Position numbers and translations under genes: made by a program
The notes under the pieces: model-generated
What the model saw: only the letters and a program-made list of their open reading frames with translations
Databases searched by the model: none
What the model was told of the DNA's origin: nothing
Virus record (IMG/VR): IMGVR_UViG_3300020578_000048
DNA length: 64,000 nt
Strand: one strand, 5' to 3'
Source: an uncultured virus (IMG/VR IMGVR_UViG_3300020578_000048)
Taxonomy: Duplodnaviria > Heunggongvirae > Uroviricota > Caudoviricetes
Shown here: positions 9,139 to 18,712 of the stretch, piece by piece
Layout: every line of letters begins with the position of its first letter
Numbering within the stretch: the stretch's first letter is position 1

Positions 9139-10172
9139 GCTGCCTTCATACAAGTTGATTGTGCCAGTGCCTGCCATTTGTCTGGAAAACTTCTGCGAAG
9201 ATCGGCAATTTTAGTGGCCATTCTCAAGCTCATTTCACGCAGATGATTCTGTTTGCAATCCATAAATGCTATGATTTCTTCAGCTTCGTTGTTGGAGAAA
9301 TTGTAATCTGCGAACAAATCGCCAGTGCCAGCAATTTGTCGAATACGCAACAACTTGTCACGCATGGTGTCCAATGTCAAGTCTAAATAGTGACAACGAC
9401 TTTGTAGTGCATCGAGGTGATCGCGCAATTTCTGAGACTTCATGGCGGTGAAGTTCAAATTTGTGATGAAAATCACACTGCCTCTGAACTCAAAACTGTC
9501 AGGAATGCCTTCACGACGGAGAGCACTGGATTCACTGAGCCACGAGATCTTGCGTTTCTTGCCTGTGTCTAGTGCACCTTTCAGCAAATTCAAACTGACA
9601 TCATCCAACAAAATACTGTCACAGTCATCAAACACCAGCACACAGTTCTTATCGGAATACTTGTACAGGGTCTGATACAAGCCAATGGGAGTGGCACTGC
9701 CTTTGACCACTTCTGCACGAAGCCTGCGACCGGCCAAATGATCAATCAACTGAGCCTGTTCTACTTCACGTTCCACAGAAAAACTCTTGCCCACGCCAGG
9801 GGGGCCAGACACAATCATGGCACGTATTTCTCCGGCAATGCAGGCCTTGGTCATGTCATTGAGAATTTCAAAACGCTGAGCTATTTCAGTTATGCGCTCA
9901 TCATCCGAGAGTGTGATCTTGTTGATTTCTGCCACCGCCACGCACACCGGAGGCTGTGTGTCTCCGTTGACAAACTCGTAGCTCATCACCGAAGGCACAC
10001 TGACACGAATAACATCCGGAAAATTTTTAAAATGTCCGTTGTTACGTACGGTGACGAAACCGCCACGAACTCCAGTTTTATACCCTTCCACTAATTCAAA
10101 ACATTTTCCAGCACAATCTTTGCCTCGATAAACACCAGAGACAATTCGTATTTGTGCTTGATTCATTGTCAC
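9135..10172 (-). CDS. AAA+ family ATPase
   Basis: Walker A GPPGVGKS, Walker B VLVFDDCD, sensor IFITN, ALQSRC arginine finger. Confidence 0.85.
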   Translation of the reverse strand: MTMNQAQIRIVSGVYRGKDCAGKCFELVEGYKTGVRGGFVTVRNNGHFKNFPDVIRVSVPSVMSYEFVNGDTQPPVCVAVAEINKITLSDDERITEIAQRFEILNDMTKACIAGEIRAMIVSGPPGVGKSFSVEREVEQAQLIDHLAGRRLRAEVVKGSATPIGLYQTLYKYSDKNCVLVFDDCDSILLDDVSLNLLKGALDTGKKRKISWLSESSALRREGIPDSFEFRGSVIFITNLNFTAMKSQKLRDHLDALQSRCHYLDLTLDTMRDKLLRIRQIAGTGDLFADYNFSNNEAEEIIAFMDCKQNHLREMSLRMATKIADLRRSFPDKWQALAQSTCMKAA

Positions 10173-10200
10173 ATACCCCCCTATCGTTTATCATGAGTGT

Positions 10201-10229
10201 AGTATACTATCAATTTAAACCCCGAACAA
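10201..10229 (-). promoter_or_regulatory. Sigma70-type promoter TTGTTC-N17-TATACT
   Basis: -35 at 10229-10224, -10 at 10206-10201, upstream of the ATPase. Confidence 0.55.
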
Positions 10230-10413
10230 GCGTAAGGGAATTTTTTTGACCTGATCTGTGTTTGATTGTTGTTATTTACGTAACAACCGTTGTGCCAAAA
10301 CCACAAGTTTTTGTCGTAATTTCGCCACATCTATCATGGCAGGATGTCCAGGACAACGACCTTGTTGCCAATCACAGTCAGCACTGTAGACTTTTTTACA
10401 AATTTTACAACGT

Positions 10414-10740
10414 TCACTGTGGGTTGATGACATGGCGACACTTTCCACGATACTGAAATCCCGGACAAGAACACTGCCATTTGCCTTCGTACTGTGTCAA
10501 CCTATAAATCTGTCCATTGGATCCTTTGACTTCCACATCTGTGGTTTTTGTGTCAGTGATTTTTTTTAGGACTTTAAATTGTCTGCCACGATGATCCCAA
10601 CGCATGGGTTGTTTAAAACGTGTGGCTTTGATTTCTCCTTGGGGCACATAGGCTATGACATGATCCCACGAATCCGTGATAAGATACAAATTATTAGCCA
10701 CTGATTCACGCCACTGTGTTTGTTCCTGAACCACGAGCAT
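10414..10740 (-). CDS. SWIM zinc-finger protein
   Basis: WQCSCPGFQYRGKCRH; probable start MLVVQEQ at 10740 with AGGAG at 10751-10747. Confidence 0.8.
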   Translation of the reverse strand: MLVVQEQTQWRESVANNLYLITDSWDHVIAYVPQGEIKATRFKQPMRWDHRGRQFKVLKKITDTKTTDVEVKGSNGQIYRLTQYEGKWQCSCPGFQYRGKCRHVINPQ

Positions 10741-10772
10741 GTGCCACTCCTGATAGCTAAACACTGACACAC

Positions 10773-10821
10773 AGTGTACAGCATCACATGATCAGTGTCA
10801 ACCTGTGGCGTTTTCGCCACA
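10773..10821 (-). promoter_or_regulatory. Sigma70 promoter TTGACA-N17-TACACT with an adjacent 18-bp palindrome
   Basis: -35 at 10801-10796, -10 at 10778-10773, TGTGGCGTTTTCGCCACA at 10804-10821. Confidence 0.7.
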
Positions 10822-11970
10822 TATCACAGGCATGTGTTTGTGTAAGGTGTCTAGATCCACACGCTCTGGGCGTGGTTGATACCATCCTGCTCCAGTGTAA
10901 ATGTCCATGACCGAGGTAAAATATTCCTGGTACATGTCACTGACCTTGGCCAAACTGAAATTATCCATGGCCCATTGTCTACATGCTTCGGGTCTGATAC
11001 GGTCAATGTTCTTGGCCGCCCAACAAAACTGCTCGAAAGTTCTACAACGATAACCAGTGACACCATGCACGTTATTTTCCACAAAACTACCCCAATCTGT
11101 GCTGATAGTGGGTGTGCCAGACATCAACATTTCAATTTGCACTCCGCCAAACGGTTCCACATACATGGAGGGCACGAAACCACCACGAGCTTCGGCCATT
11201 AATTGTTTGCGCTGGTTTATGTCTGCATAGCCACGAAACTCCACATGAGCAGGTGTTTCCGAATAGCCCATGTCTGATAAACTGCCTTGCCCGGCTATGA
11301 TCAATTTGGCGCCTATGGCCTGGGTGGCTTGTATGGCTATGTGTACGCCTTTGCCATCATATACTCGACCCAGATACAAAAAATAATCTTGCTTGTGTTC
11401 AGGGGCAAAAATAAAATCATCTGGGTCAAAGTAATTGGGAATCACAGATTCGTACCAGTCTTGCCTGCAAGTGCCCACTGATTGCAGACCACAATAGGCA
11501 TGGTAAATGGCATAGCTTTCAAATATTTTGAACCTGGCCCAGTGACCACCGGCATAGCCTATGCCGGGCTCAACTATGATCATGTCGGGATGAGCATCAC
11601 ATATGGGCTTATGACCAGAGCCCCAGAAGGGCAATAGAAAATCCAAAGGCTGTTTTCTGGTATGAATGGCTGCTATGGTATTGGAAAAAAAAGTTTGGTA
11701 AGCATGATCATTTACATCAAATTTGAAAAAGTTTTTACGCCAGTTGTAATTTCCATAAGCTATTTCTAAGTCACGGTCATAAATCACATTCACGTGTTCC
11801 GTGCAAGGTACGTTACTGTCAGGATGACCATAATGTATGATGTCATGTCCTTTGTTCAACATCATTTTGCCAAATTTCCAGACTTTTTGAGTGTAGGCAC
11901 AGGCATTGTATTCCTTATTGGTCACTGTGTGAGGTAAACCCAAGATATGAAAACGAAATTTTGTGGTCAC
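10798..11970 (-). CDS. Glycosyltransferase, GT-B fold (GT4-like)
   Basis: YFLYLGRVYDGKG, EPFGGVQIEMLMSGTP. Confidence 0.9.
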   Translation of the reverse strand: MTTKFRFHILGLPHTVTNKEYNACAYTQKVWKFGKMMLNKGHDIIHYGHPDSNVPCTEHVNVIYDRDLEIAYGNYNWRKNFFKFDVNDHAYQTFFSNTIAAIHTRKQPLDFLLPFWGSGHKPICDAHPDMIIVEPGIGYAGGHWARFKIFESYAIYHAYCGLQSVGTCRQDWYESVIPNYFDPDDFIFAPEHKQDYFLYLGRVYDGKGVHIAIQATQAIGAKLIIAGQGSLSDMGYSETPAHVEFRGYADINQRKQLMAEARGGFVPSMYVEPFGGVQIEMLMSGTPTISTDWGSFVENNVHGVTGYRCRTFEQFCWAAKNIDRIRPEACRQWAMDNFSLAKVSDMYQEYFTSVMDIYTGAGWYQPRPERVDLDTLHKHMPVICGENATG

Positions 11971-12524
11971 GAAAACACTCCATAATATGCTTGTCCAAAG
12001 CAGCCAGCTTCTGAAATTTTACTGGTTGTGCCCCAACCGCCCAACCACGAATTCAAAGTTTGTTCAGTGAGTTGATGAGGATGCCCTGGATGTGATGGCA
12101 AATTGATCCATTCAAACAGTCTCAAAACAGGTGCGGCCAGCAGAGCATTGGCTATGATCAAACCGGGATCGTGAGTGTGTTGCAGACAATTGTAGATCCA
12201 GACCTCGTCCCATCCTGTTTCTGTGATGTCTTCACCATTGATCACATCTACCACTATGTTTTTACTAAGATATCTTTGTCTTGTCCACGCGGGATACTCA
12301 ATGGGATCAATGATTTTTCCACGTCCTAGATCTTGACATTTTAACAGCATGCTGGAGGGACCACCACCTATGTCCAAGATGTTTTTGTTTTTTACTAAAA
12401 AACTGTAGTGACTTCTCACCAAGCCCATGCATCGACCATACACATAGTGTTTTTGATCTTCATCAAAGGTGTTTGTGCAATCTCCCCAAAAGTTTTTTTC
12501 GAATTCCATGTCGGTGTTCATCAA
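11967..12524 (-). CDS. SAM-dependent methyltransferase
   Basis: ILDIGGGP motif I; YNCLQH. Confidence 0.8.
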   Translation of the reverse strand: MMNTDMEFEKNFWGDCTNTFDEDQKHYVYGRCMGLVRSHYSFLVKNKNILDIGGGPSSMLLKCQDLGRGKIIDPIEYPAWTRQRYLSKNIVVDVINGEDITETGWDEVWIYNCLQHTHDPGLIIANALLAAPVLRLFEWINLPSHPGHPHQLTEQTLNSWLGGWGTTSKISEAGCFGQAYYGVFS

Positions 12525-13018
12525 TGTTCTCTTATTTTGTAAGCCACATGATCATGACCTATTTGTGTTTGATGCACAATTCTATGTCCTAGTACATGTT
12601 CAAATTCTTTAATGGCTCGCTGACAATCCATGCCAGGACCTCGGCACCAGATAATTTCACCTGGTTCAGGACCCAACATTTGTTCACTGATTTGCATGAT
12701 ATCTATCAATGTATCGTAGTCAAATCTAGTGTGTATGTGCACTATGTCTACCTGCCAATTCAGTCTCTGACCTAAACTGATGGTTCTACAAAATTCCTGT
12801 GCATTCATGTTAAAAAACTCAACGTTTGACAATGACATGATATTTCCATATATCTGTGAGAGGTATTTATGATCAGGATCCACTGACACCAGATGTTTAT
12901 TGGGAAATTTTTTAGCTAGGACCTTGACCAACTCACCTGTTCCAGAGCCGAACTCTAGATAATTTCCCGGATACAACAGCATGGACCCATGTACATGCAT
13001 GAAAAGATCTGTGTTCAT
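12521..13018 (-). CDS. SAM-dependent methyltransferase-like protein
   Basis: YLEFGSGTG, VSVDP. Confidence 0.7.
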   Translation of the reverse strand: MNTDLFMHVHGSMLLYPGNYLEFGSGTGELVKVLAKKFPNKHLVSVDPDHKYLSQIYGNIMSLSNVEFFNMNAQEFCRTISLGQRLNWQVDIVHIHTRFDYDTLIDIMQISEQMLGPEPGEIIWCRGPGMDCQRAIKEFEHVLGHRIVHQTQIGHDHVAYKIREH

Positions 13019-13842
13019 ATTTTAGTATAGCTGTGAGTAAAACTGACATCATGAAGAAATCTATTAAAGAACATGCCAGCCGGATCTATCCAACTGAACA
13101 ACCAATTACGAGTATCACCGGGTCTGTGAGACCACAATGTGTTTTCGGGAAACTCCATCAACACCACTCGTTTATCTACTCTTGGGTAGCAATTTGCCAT
13201 GTGCATGGGACCACTGTTTACACCTATGAATCTCGATGCAGTGGCTATTTCTTTAATTGTGCCCCAATAATCATACTTACCACGGTAATCTATAGTTCGG
13301 CCGCCTAGCGGCACATCATCAGCTGACCCAACCTGTATTATGCGAAAATCTCGGTAATTGTCCAGAACAGCATCAATGACCTCTCTGGTCATGATTCTCA
13401 AATGATCTTCGCCGGACTGATGTCTGATGGCAGGTTCTCCATCTCTTGTACGATCACTTCCTTGTGTGTGCACCACAATTTTTTCCGGTTCAATGGCCAG
13501 ATCCTCATACACATATAATCTACTATGACGCAAGGGCATGTCTTCTAATCCCAAGTTCACACACATGTACTCGGTTTGACCAGTGGCAATGGGCAATTTC
13601 ATTTTATTGACATAATTTTGTCGTTGCTGATGAATTCTACAGTCTGGTATCAAGTTGATCACTGGTAAATCTTGTGCTTGACTTTCAGGCCAGTGTTCTA
13701 CATATGGATTATGCTTGAATGCCCAAATTCTGGGATCTGTGATCACACACCGTTCACCGGTCAATTTGTATAGGTTTTCGGGCACGGCCGTGGTGGATAT
13801 TTGATCACCAATGTGTATGAAATTAAAATGTAGTTTGAACAT
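13015..13842 (-). CDS. Glycosyltransferase, GT9 (heptosyltransferase)-like
   Basis: HIGDQI near the N-terminus, IIQVGS, FIGVNSGPMHMA. Confidence 0.75.
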   Translation of the reverse strand: MFKLHFNFIHIGDQISTTAVPENLYKLTGERCVITDPRIWAFKHNPYVEHWPESQAQDLPVINLIPDCRIHQQRQNYVNKMKLPIATGQTEYMCVNLGLEDMPLRHSRLYVYEDLAIEPEKIVVHTQGSDRTRDGEPAIRHQSGEDHLRIMTREVIDAVLDNYRDFRIIQVGSADDVPLGGRTIDYRGKYDYWGTIKEIATASRFIGVNSGPMHMANCYPRVDKRVVLMEFPENTLWSHRPGDTRNWLFSWIDPAGMFFNRFLHDVSFTHSYTKI

Positions 13843-13854
13843 TTGATTATATCA

Positions 13855-14568
13855 TCACTGCACAACTAAATCAAGGTATTTACTGGCCATACGCAGTCTT
13901 GTGGCCAAATCAGTACCGGGCCAATGCACCAGCCAGTCACCGGACTGCCACTGTCCGGAATTGCCCAGTCTGTCACAATCACTGTTGTAGTGATATAGAC
14001 TGTAATCAAAACTATTCATGTATCTTTGAGGTAGCAATTTCACCTGTGACCTATAAGCAGTGGTGACTTGTATGTGTTCTCCTCTGGGCCATCTTGGGTC
14101 ACTGGTACCAGGAAAACCCAGCATGTTGCTGATGCTCCATTGTTCTTGATCCCAGTGTCTGAGGCCATTGGGTTGATCTGCAATCACTGCTTTCAGTATA
14201 TTTTTACCTGCCTGAGAATTTTTCACTAAAAAACTACAGGCATTTAAACCATTGTTGTCTACACAAATCATAAAATCATAATCATTGTCTATACGATGTT
14301 CAATTTTTATTGAAAAATTTGTGATCATGGTGTCTGTGCCCAGCCACCATAACCAAGATATGTCAGGCACGGCCTCTAACATGTCCAGTGCCACATATAT
14401 TTTTTCATATTGTGTCATGGCCATGCCGGGCCTGGCAGTGTCAAAGTCTTGTGTTCGATTATAGTACACATAACCGTGCTGTTGACAATAAGGTACTTTG
14501 TTTTTATCCCAAGTCGTGTCTGCCAAGGGTTGGTAAGTGGCATCATTATGACTGGCTATGGCATACAT
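13855..14568 (-). CDS. Glycosyltransferase, GT34 (MNN10/GMA12)-like
   Basis: KVPYCQQHGY, WLWWLGTDTMITN, GLNACSFLVKN, EQ, GDWLVHWPG; probable start MYAIASH at 14568. Confidence 0.75.
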   Translation of the reverse strand: MYAIASHNDATYQPLADTTWDKNKVPYCQQHGYVYYNRTQDFDTARPGMAMTQYEKIYVALDMLEAVPDISWLWWLGTDTMITNFSIKIEHRIDNDYDFMICVDNNGLNACSFLVKNSQAGKNILKAVIADQPNGLRHWDQEQWSISNMLGFPGTSDPRWPRGEHIQVTTAYRSQVKLLPQRYMNSFDYSLYHYNSDCDRLGNSGQWQSGDWLVHWPGTDLATRLRMASKYLDLVVQ

Positions 14569-14599
14569 GTGTGGTGACCTTAAAAAAATTATCTTTGCT

Positions 14600-15490
14600 C
14601 TATTTACTGAATTTCCACAGGGGAATTTTATTTTGTTCAATCAAAGATTCTTGTGCTGTGACAAAAATATCAATCCATGAATCAACTGAAAAATTTTGCA
14701 AGTAAGGGGCATGTTGTTTCCGCAGTTTGTCCCAAGACCTTAATTTCACAGCATCTTTCATTTTAATACCTTGATCTTTAAGATCATGCAATTGTTGGTA
14801 TCTGCTCCGTATGGTTTCATAATCTTTATGATAGGCAAATATTTTAAATTTGTTTTGATTCATCATCAAAACCAAACTGAAAAAACGTTCTTGTATAAAA
14901 GGAAAATACCAAAGTTCTGGGGCATGTGAATATCCGGCGCCAGAACTCAGCACTTGCTGTATTGAGTCTGGCAATTTGGGAATCACAGACAGAAATTCAT
15001 GAGCTAAAGCCAGATATTGTTCCCAAAAATGTTTACTGGCCACACAGGTACAGGCCATTACATTGGTCAATTTATGGTTTGGCAAAAAAAGCAAACGCGG
15101 ATCCAGCCCCATGATTTCCAAAGCCGGTTTCATGATGGTTAACATTTGGTGTTTGTGATAATGTTCTCCATGTTCCCACACATTAAAATACAAAAACAAA
15201 CTATAAGGGTCATGATTAAAAAAGTACACATCATATCCGGGATTTTGTTCTATGATTTCATGCACAGCAGCTCCAGTCAGCCCAGAGTGTTTTGATGCAA
15301 AAGCCTGGCTGAAACTGCCCCAATGATCTAAATTTAGATCACTGGCTCGATGGTACAACAATAAATTCACCCAGTATTCTCTGAATTCTGGGTGCAAATT
15401 TTCACAATTGTCAAAAGGTTCAAAGGCAGGGTCCAACTTGTTAATCTGCGATTTGTCATAATAGGTTTGGAAAATTTTGTAGTTTAGCAT
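14600..15490 (-). CDS. Putative glycan-biosynthesis protein
   Basis: 296 aa; KIFQTYY, FREY, YDVYFFN, FIQERFFS; lies inside the glycosyltransferase cluster. Confidence 0.5.
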   Translation of the reverse strand: MLNYKIFQTYYDKSQINKLDPAFEPFDNCENLHPEFREYWVNLLLYHRASDLNLDHWGSFSQAFASKHSGLTGAAVHEIIEQNPGYDVYFFNHDPYSLFLYFNVWEHGEHYHKHQMLTIMKPALEIMGLDPRLLFLPNHKLTNVMACTCVASKHFWEQYLALAHEFLSVIPKLPDSIQQVLSSGAGYSHAPELWYFPFIQERFFSLVLMMNQNKFKIFAYHKDYETIRSRYQQLHDLKDQGIKMKDAVKLRSWDKLRKQHAPYLQNFSVDSWIDIFVTAQESLIEQNKIPLWKFSK

Positions 15491-15507
15491 TGATTTAAAT
15501 TTTCTAA

Positions 15508-15587
15508 GAATATTTTATATGAAAAAGGCTTTTAGAAATAACGGTGGTGGCTATTTGATCACCACTGTGTATAAAATTAAAATGTAG
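15508..15587 (-). pseudogene. Orphan copy of the 5' end of the GT9-like gene
   Basis: 15544-15587 matches 13790-13833 at 41/44 nt and reads LHFNFIHSGDQIATT; no start codon. Confidence 0.65.
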
Positions 15588-15614
15588 ATCCGGTGGTGGG
15601 AATAATAACTACTG

Positions 15615-16319
15615 CTACCATTGTCTGCTTATACCTTCGGTTTCATGAAAACAAGTGATACGATTAACACAAATACCACGTAGACCATAGCGTCTCATAT
15701 AGTCATTAGTACGTTGCCAAAGATTAGCATCTGAGGGACTAGCAATACCCATCATTTTTACTAGATCCCAATAACGCAATGGTATTCGTGAAAAATTCAT
15801 ACATGTTGTACTATGTATCACACTACAAGGCTCAGGTCTATAATCATGATATTGATCATTGTTAGGCAGGGGAGGTAAAATCACACCTTTAACATGTCGT
15901 GCTCTTGTACAGACAAAATCGGCTTGGAATTGTTCTCTAGCCAAGTTAATTTCTGACAGATGATTGTCTGTCCAATAGTCATCATGATCTAATTTAGCCA
16001 CATAGTCATAGCCATGTTGTTGTATAACATCCAGCCCATGATTGGTTGCTGCTACTCCACCCGAGCACCATAATGCTTCACCATGATAACCAGCATCACG
16101 TTCAGCTGCCACTGGTAAATTTTCTAAATAGATTTTTTCTTTAGGATATTTACTAACTATGTCACGGAGTTCTTGATCTGGGTCATACCGATCACCAATA
16201 ATAAATACATGAAAATCTTGATGAGTTTGAGCAAACACACTATCCAGGGTGCGCGGCAGTAAAGTAGTCATTGCTCCGTCAGGGCGGCAGTATGTGATGA
16301 TAAGAATGGCTATTTTCAT
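15615..16319 (-). CDS. Glycosyltransferase family 2
   Basis: IAILIITYCR, LDSVFAQTHQDF, YVAKLDHDDYW (DxD). Confidence 0.9.
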   Translation of the reverse strand: MKIAILIITYCRPDGAMTTLLPRTLDSVFAQTHQDFHVFIIGDRYDPDQELRDIVSKYPKEKIYLENLPVAAERDAGYHGEALWCSGGVAATNHGLDVIQQHGYDYVAKLDHDDYWTDNHLSEINLAREQFQADFVCTRARHVKGVILPPLPNNDQYHDYRPEPCSVIHSTTCMNFSRIPLRYWDLVKMMGIASPSDANLWQRTNDYMRRYGLRGICVNRITCFHETEGISRQW

Positions 16320-16356
16320 TGATTTACATTTTTTTGAAACATGTCCATTGTTTACT

Positions 16357-17469
16357 TTAGTTTGGACTCAAATGATTTTGAATAAAGTCAAAAATACGCG
16401 ACTGTTGTTGTTTATAACTTATCAAACTGGGCAAGTAAGCCTTTGTATTTCGTGAGTATTCTTGTAATAAATATTTATTTTCGTAAAATTGTTTTATACC
16501 TTTGACAATATCAGACAAATGATTACTAATAAAAAAAGTATTGGGCGGAATTTGATACTTAGTTGCCGACTGTCTATAATCTGTGGTCAATAAAACTGCG
16601 CCTTGTATAACTGCTTCTATGCCTAAGGGCCACCCATTGAAGTCAATGCCAGTTTCAAGATTGAGATACATGTTAATATGTTTTTTATAAAACTCGCCTA
16701 ATGTTTTATAATCTATAGCATCAAAATGTTTGATATGTGGCGACCGAGTACAATTTCCAACTGAGTAAAAATCAACAGCATCATCAGGATAATTGGTTTT
16801 GTAAAATTCAGCAATATCCAAGTATGCTTTTTCGCCTTTTATATGTCCAGACCCTAGACTTGAAAAGCATACACCCAAGCGTTCTCTATCTATGTTTGTT
16901 ATAATTTCCTCATCTTTGTTTAATAGAGTCCCAAGCAAGGCTTGGATATGCGGTCTATTTCCAACCCACATTGTGGTATCTGGATGAGTAGTTACTAATC
17001 GTACAGCAGGATCTATCTTGGTTACACCATCGGGGGCGGCTAATCCACCGCCTGGGTATAAATGTATAGATTGCCTGTCGAATGGGAATTTATAATCTCT
17101 ATTAAACGATGTATAAACGTTTAAAAAAATATGATAAACAGCATCATAGCGACTTATATCAAAATCTGTTCTTGTTGTTAGAACATAACTTCCAGGATGT
17201 GTGTTATTAAATCTTATACCATCAACTCTGTGATTTAATCGATTGTGATGATTATACTGTGGATCAAATATTAGAATGTTATAGTTGTTATGTAAGTCAT
17301 CGTATATAGCATGATCGAAGTCAAACCCGAAAGGCACTCCAGCATAATTGTTAATTTTATATACCAAGATATCTGCTTGATATTCTTTAATAAAACTAGT
17401 TATTTCTACATTACGCCATCGGCTATACATATTAGGATATAGACAATCTACTACCAGAATATTTGATAT
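16357..17469 (-). CDS. Glycosyltransferase, GT-B-like; probable ATA start at 17469
   Basis: LYPGGG, HIKG, GWPLGIEAVIQG; frame open 13 codons upstream of ATG 17430 to an ATA 7 nt after AAGGGA. Confidence 0.7.
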   Translation of the reverse strand: MSNILVVDCLYPNMYSRWRNVEITSFIKEYQADILVYKINNYAGVPFGFDFDHAIYDDLHNNYNILIFDPQYNHHNRLNHRVDGIRFNNTHPGSYVLTTRTDFDISRYDAVYHIFLNVYTSFNRDYKFPFDRQSIHLYPGGGLAAPDGVTKIDPAVRLVTTHPDTTMWVGNRPHIQALLGTLLNKDEEIITNIDRERLGVCFSSLGSGHIKGEKAYLDIAEFYKTNYPDDAVDFYSVGNCTRSPHIKHFDAIDYKTLGEFYKKHINMYLNLETGIDFNGWPLGIEAVIQGAVLLTTDYRQSATKYQIPPNTFFISNHLSDIVKGIKQFYENKYLLQEYSRNTKAYLPSLISYKQQQSRIFDFIQNHLSPN

Positions 17470-17483
17470 TTTTGTTTCCCTTT

Positions 17484-18116
17484 TTAATCGGTCATCTCAT
17501 ATGCCAAGCGCCGAATCACATAACAATTGCCTTCAACATAGTCAGGCGAAAATCCTCGAGCACCATGAATATTAGGCACGGTACCATAAGCATGATAACG
17601 CCGGGGATCTAGGTTCTTGACTATGGCATCTACCGCAGGTCTTACCCCTGGACAATTTCTGTCGTTATAGTCATCGAATACTATCCAGCCATTAGGTATC
17701 ACTAATTCACTATACCATTTCCAGTCTTGCTCAACCCCTGCACTAGTATGATCTCCATCTATAAACAGTAGATCTACACTTAGGTCTTTAACACTATCAA
17801 AAACAGATTGTTCGTGACTGTTGCCTAACACATACCTGAAATTGTTACCCAATGGGTTATTGGCTTCGATGTTAAACTTTACAATACTAGGATGTACCAA
17901 GCTACCTAGATCAATACTGACCACACTGACACCGGGTCGTTGTAGCATTAGAATAGCACTGGCTCCAGCGTAACAACCAATTTCTAAATAAGTAGGTTCA
18001 GCACTTGGTAAAGGTAAATCATATAAAATATGAAAATGATGGTGAAATGTTTGCCCACCGATGCGTTCAGTAATGTCTTCTACAATTTTAAGAGACTGTG
18101 CGGTAGTTGTAATCAT
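17484..18116 (-). CDS. Methyltransferase (Methyltransf_24-like)
   Basis: YLEIGCYAGAS, DLLFIDGDH, GWIVFDDY. Confidence 0.9.
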   Translation of the reverse strand: MITTTAQSLKIVEDITERIGGQTFHHHFHILYDLPLPSAEPTYLEIGCYAGASAILMLQRPGVSVVSIDLGSLVHPSIVKFNIEANNPLGNNFRYVLGNSHEQSVFDSVKDLSVDLLFIDGDHTSAGVEQDWKWYSELVIPNGWIVFDDYNDRNCPGVRPAVDAIVKNLDPRRYHAYGTVPNIHGARGFSPDYVEGNCYVIRRLAYEMTD

Positions 18117-18712
18117 TGCCTCGGTCTCGCGGGATTTCCTATTAATGTGCAGGAATCAGTATAACTGTGTCTTACCATAGATCCTGCGCTGACTTTAATA
18201 TCCTTACCTAATGTAATTTTTGGAATACAATATGCGGCTGTACCAAAGAAACAGTTATCTCCTATATTGCAGTTACCCATAGTACCGCAGTATGGACTCA
18301 AAGTCACGTAATTACCAATTCGGGTATCGTGTGATATATAATTATACACATTCAGCGTAACAAAATTTCCTACAACAGCATCACCTAAGATTGTAGTAAA
18401 TGGAGAAACAGTTACACCTACTCCTAATTTGGCATGAGCCGACACATGGCAAGAACTGTGTATAAAATTGCCCCAACGGTTTTCGTTTTGTTCAACAAAA
18501 ATCTTTTTTATATTTATATCTCCTACGGCCATGATAAACTCAGCGTCAGGGAACATACCAGGTTGTATTTTTGAGTACATTGGATATTTATGATATGATT
18601 CACAATTAAATGGCAGTGTACTAACTACTGCAACTATGTCATGTCCATCACTTTCTATGTAACTGACAACTTCTTTGGCATGTCCACCAGATCCAAATAT
18701 TACATATTTCAT
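18113..18712 (-). CDS. Sugar N/O-acetyltransferase (PglD/NeuD family)
   Basis: IFGSGGHAKEV, hexapeptide repeats, ISHD, GNPAR. Confidence 0.9.
   Translation of the reverse strand: MKYVIFGSGGHAKEVVSYIESDGHDIVAVVSTLPFNCESYHKYPMYSKIQPGMFPDAEFIMAVGDINIKKIFVEQNENRWGNFIHSSCHVSAHAKLGVGVTVSPFTTILGDAVVGNFVTLNVYNYISHDTRIGNYVTLSPYCGTMGNCNIGDNCFFGTAAYCIPKITLGKDIKVSAGSMVRHSYTDSCTLIGNPARPRQ

Noticed and set aside
15542..15599. Mini-CRISPR (repeat-spacer-repeat) or Chi sites
   Set aside because: The repeat is only 9 bp, occurs twice, is not palindromic and has no cas genes nearby. CGGTGGTGG is not the E. coli Chi sequence GCTGGTGG.
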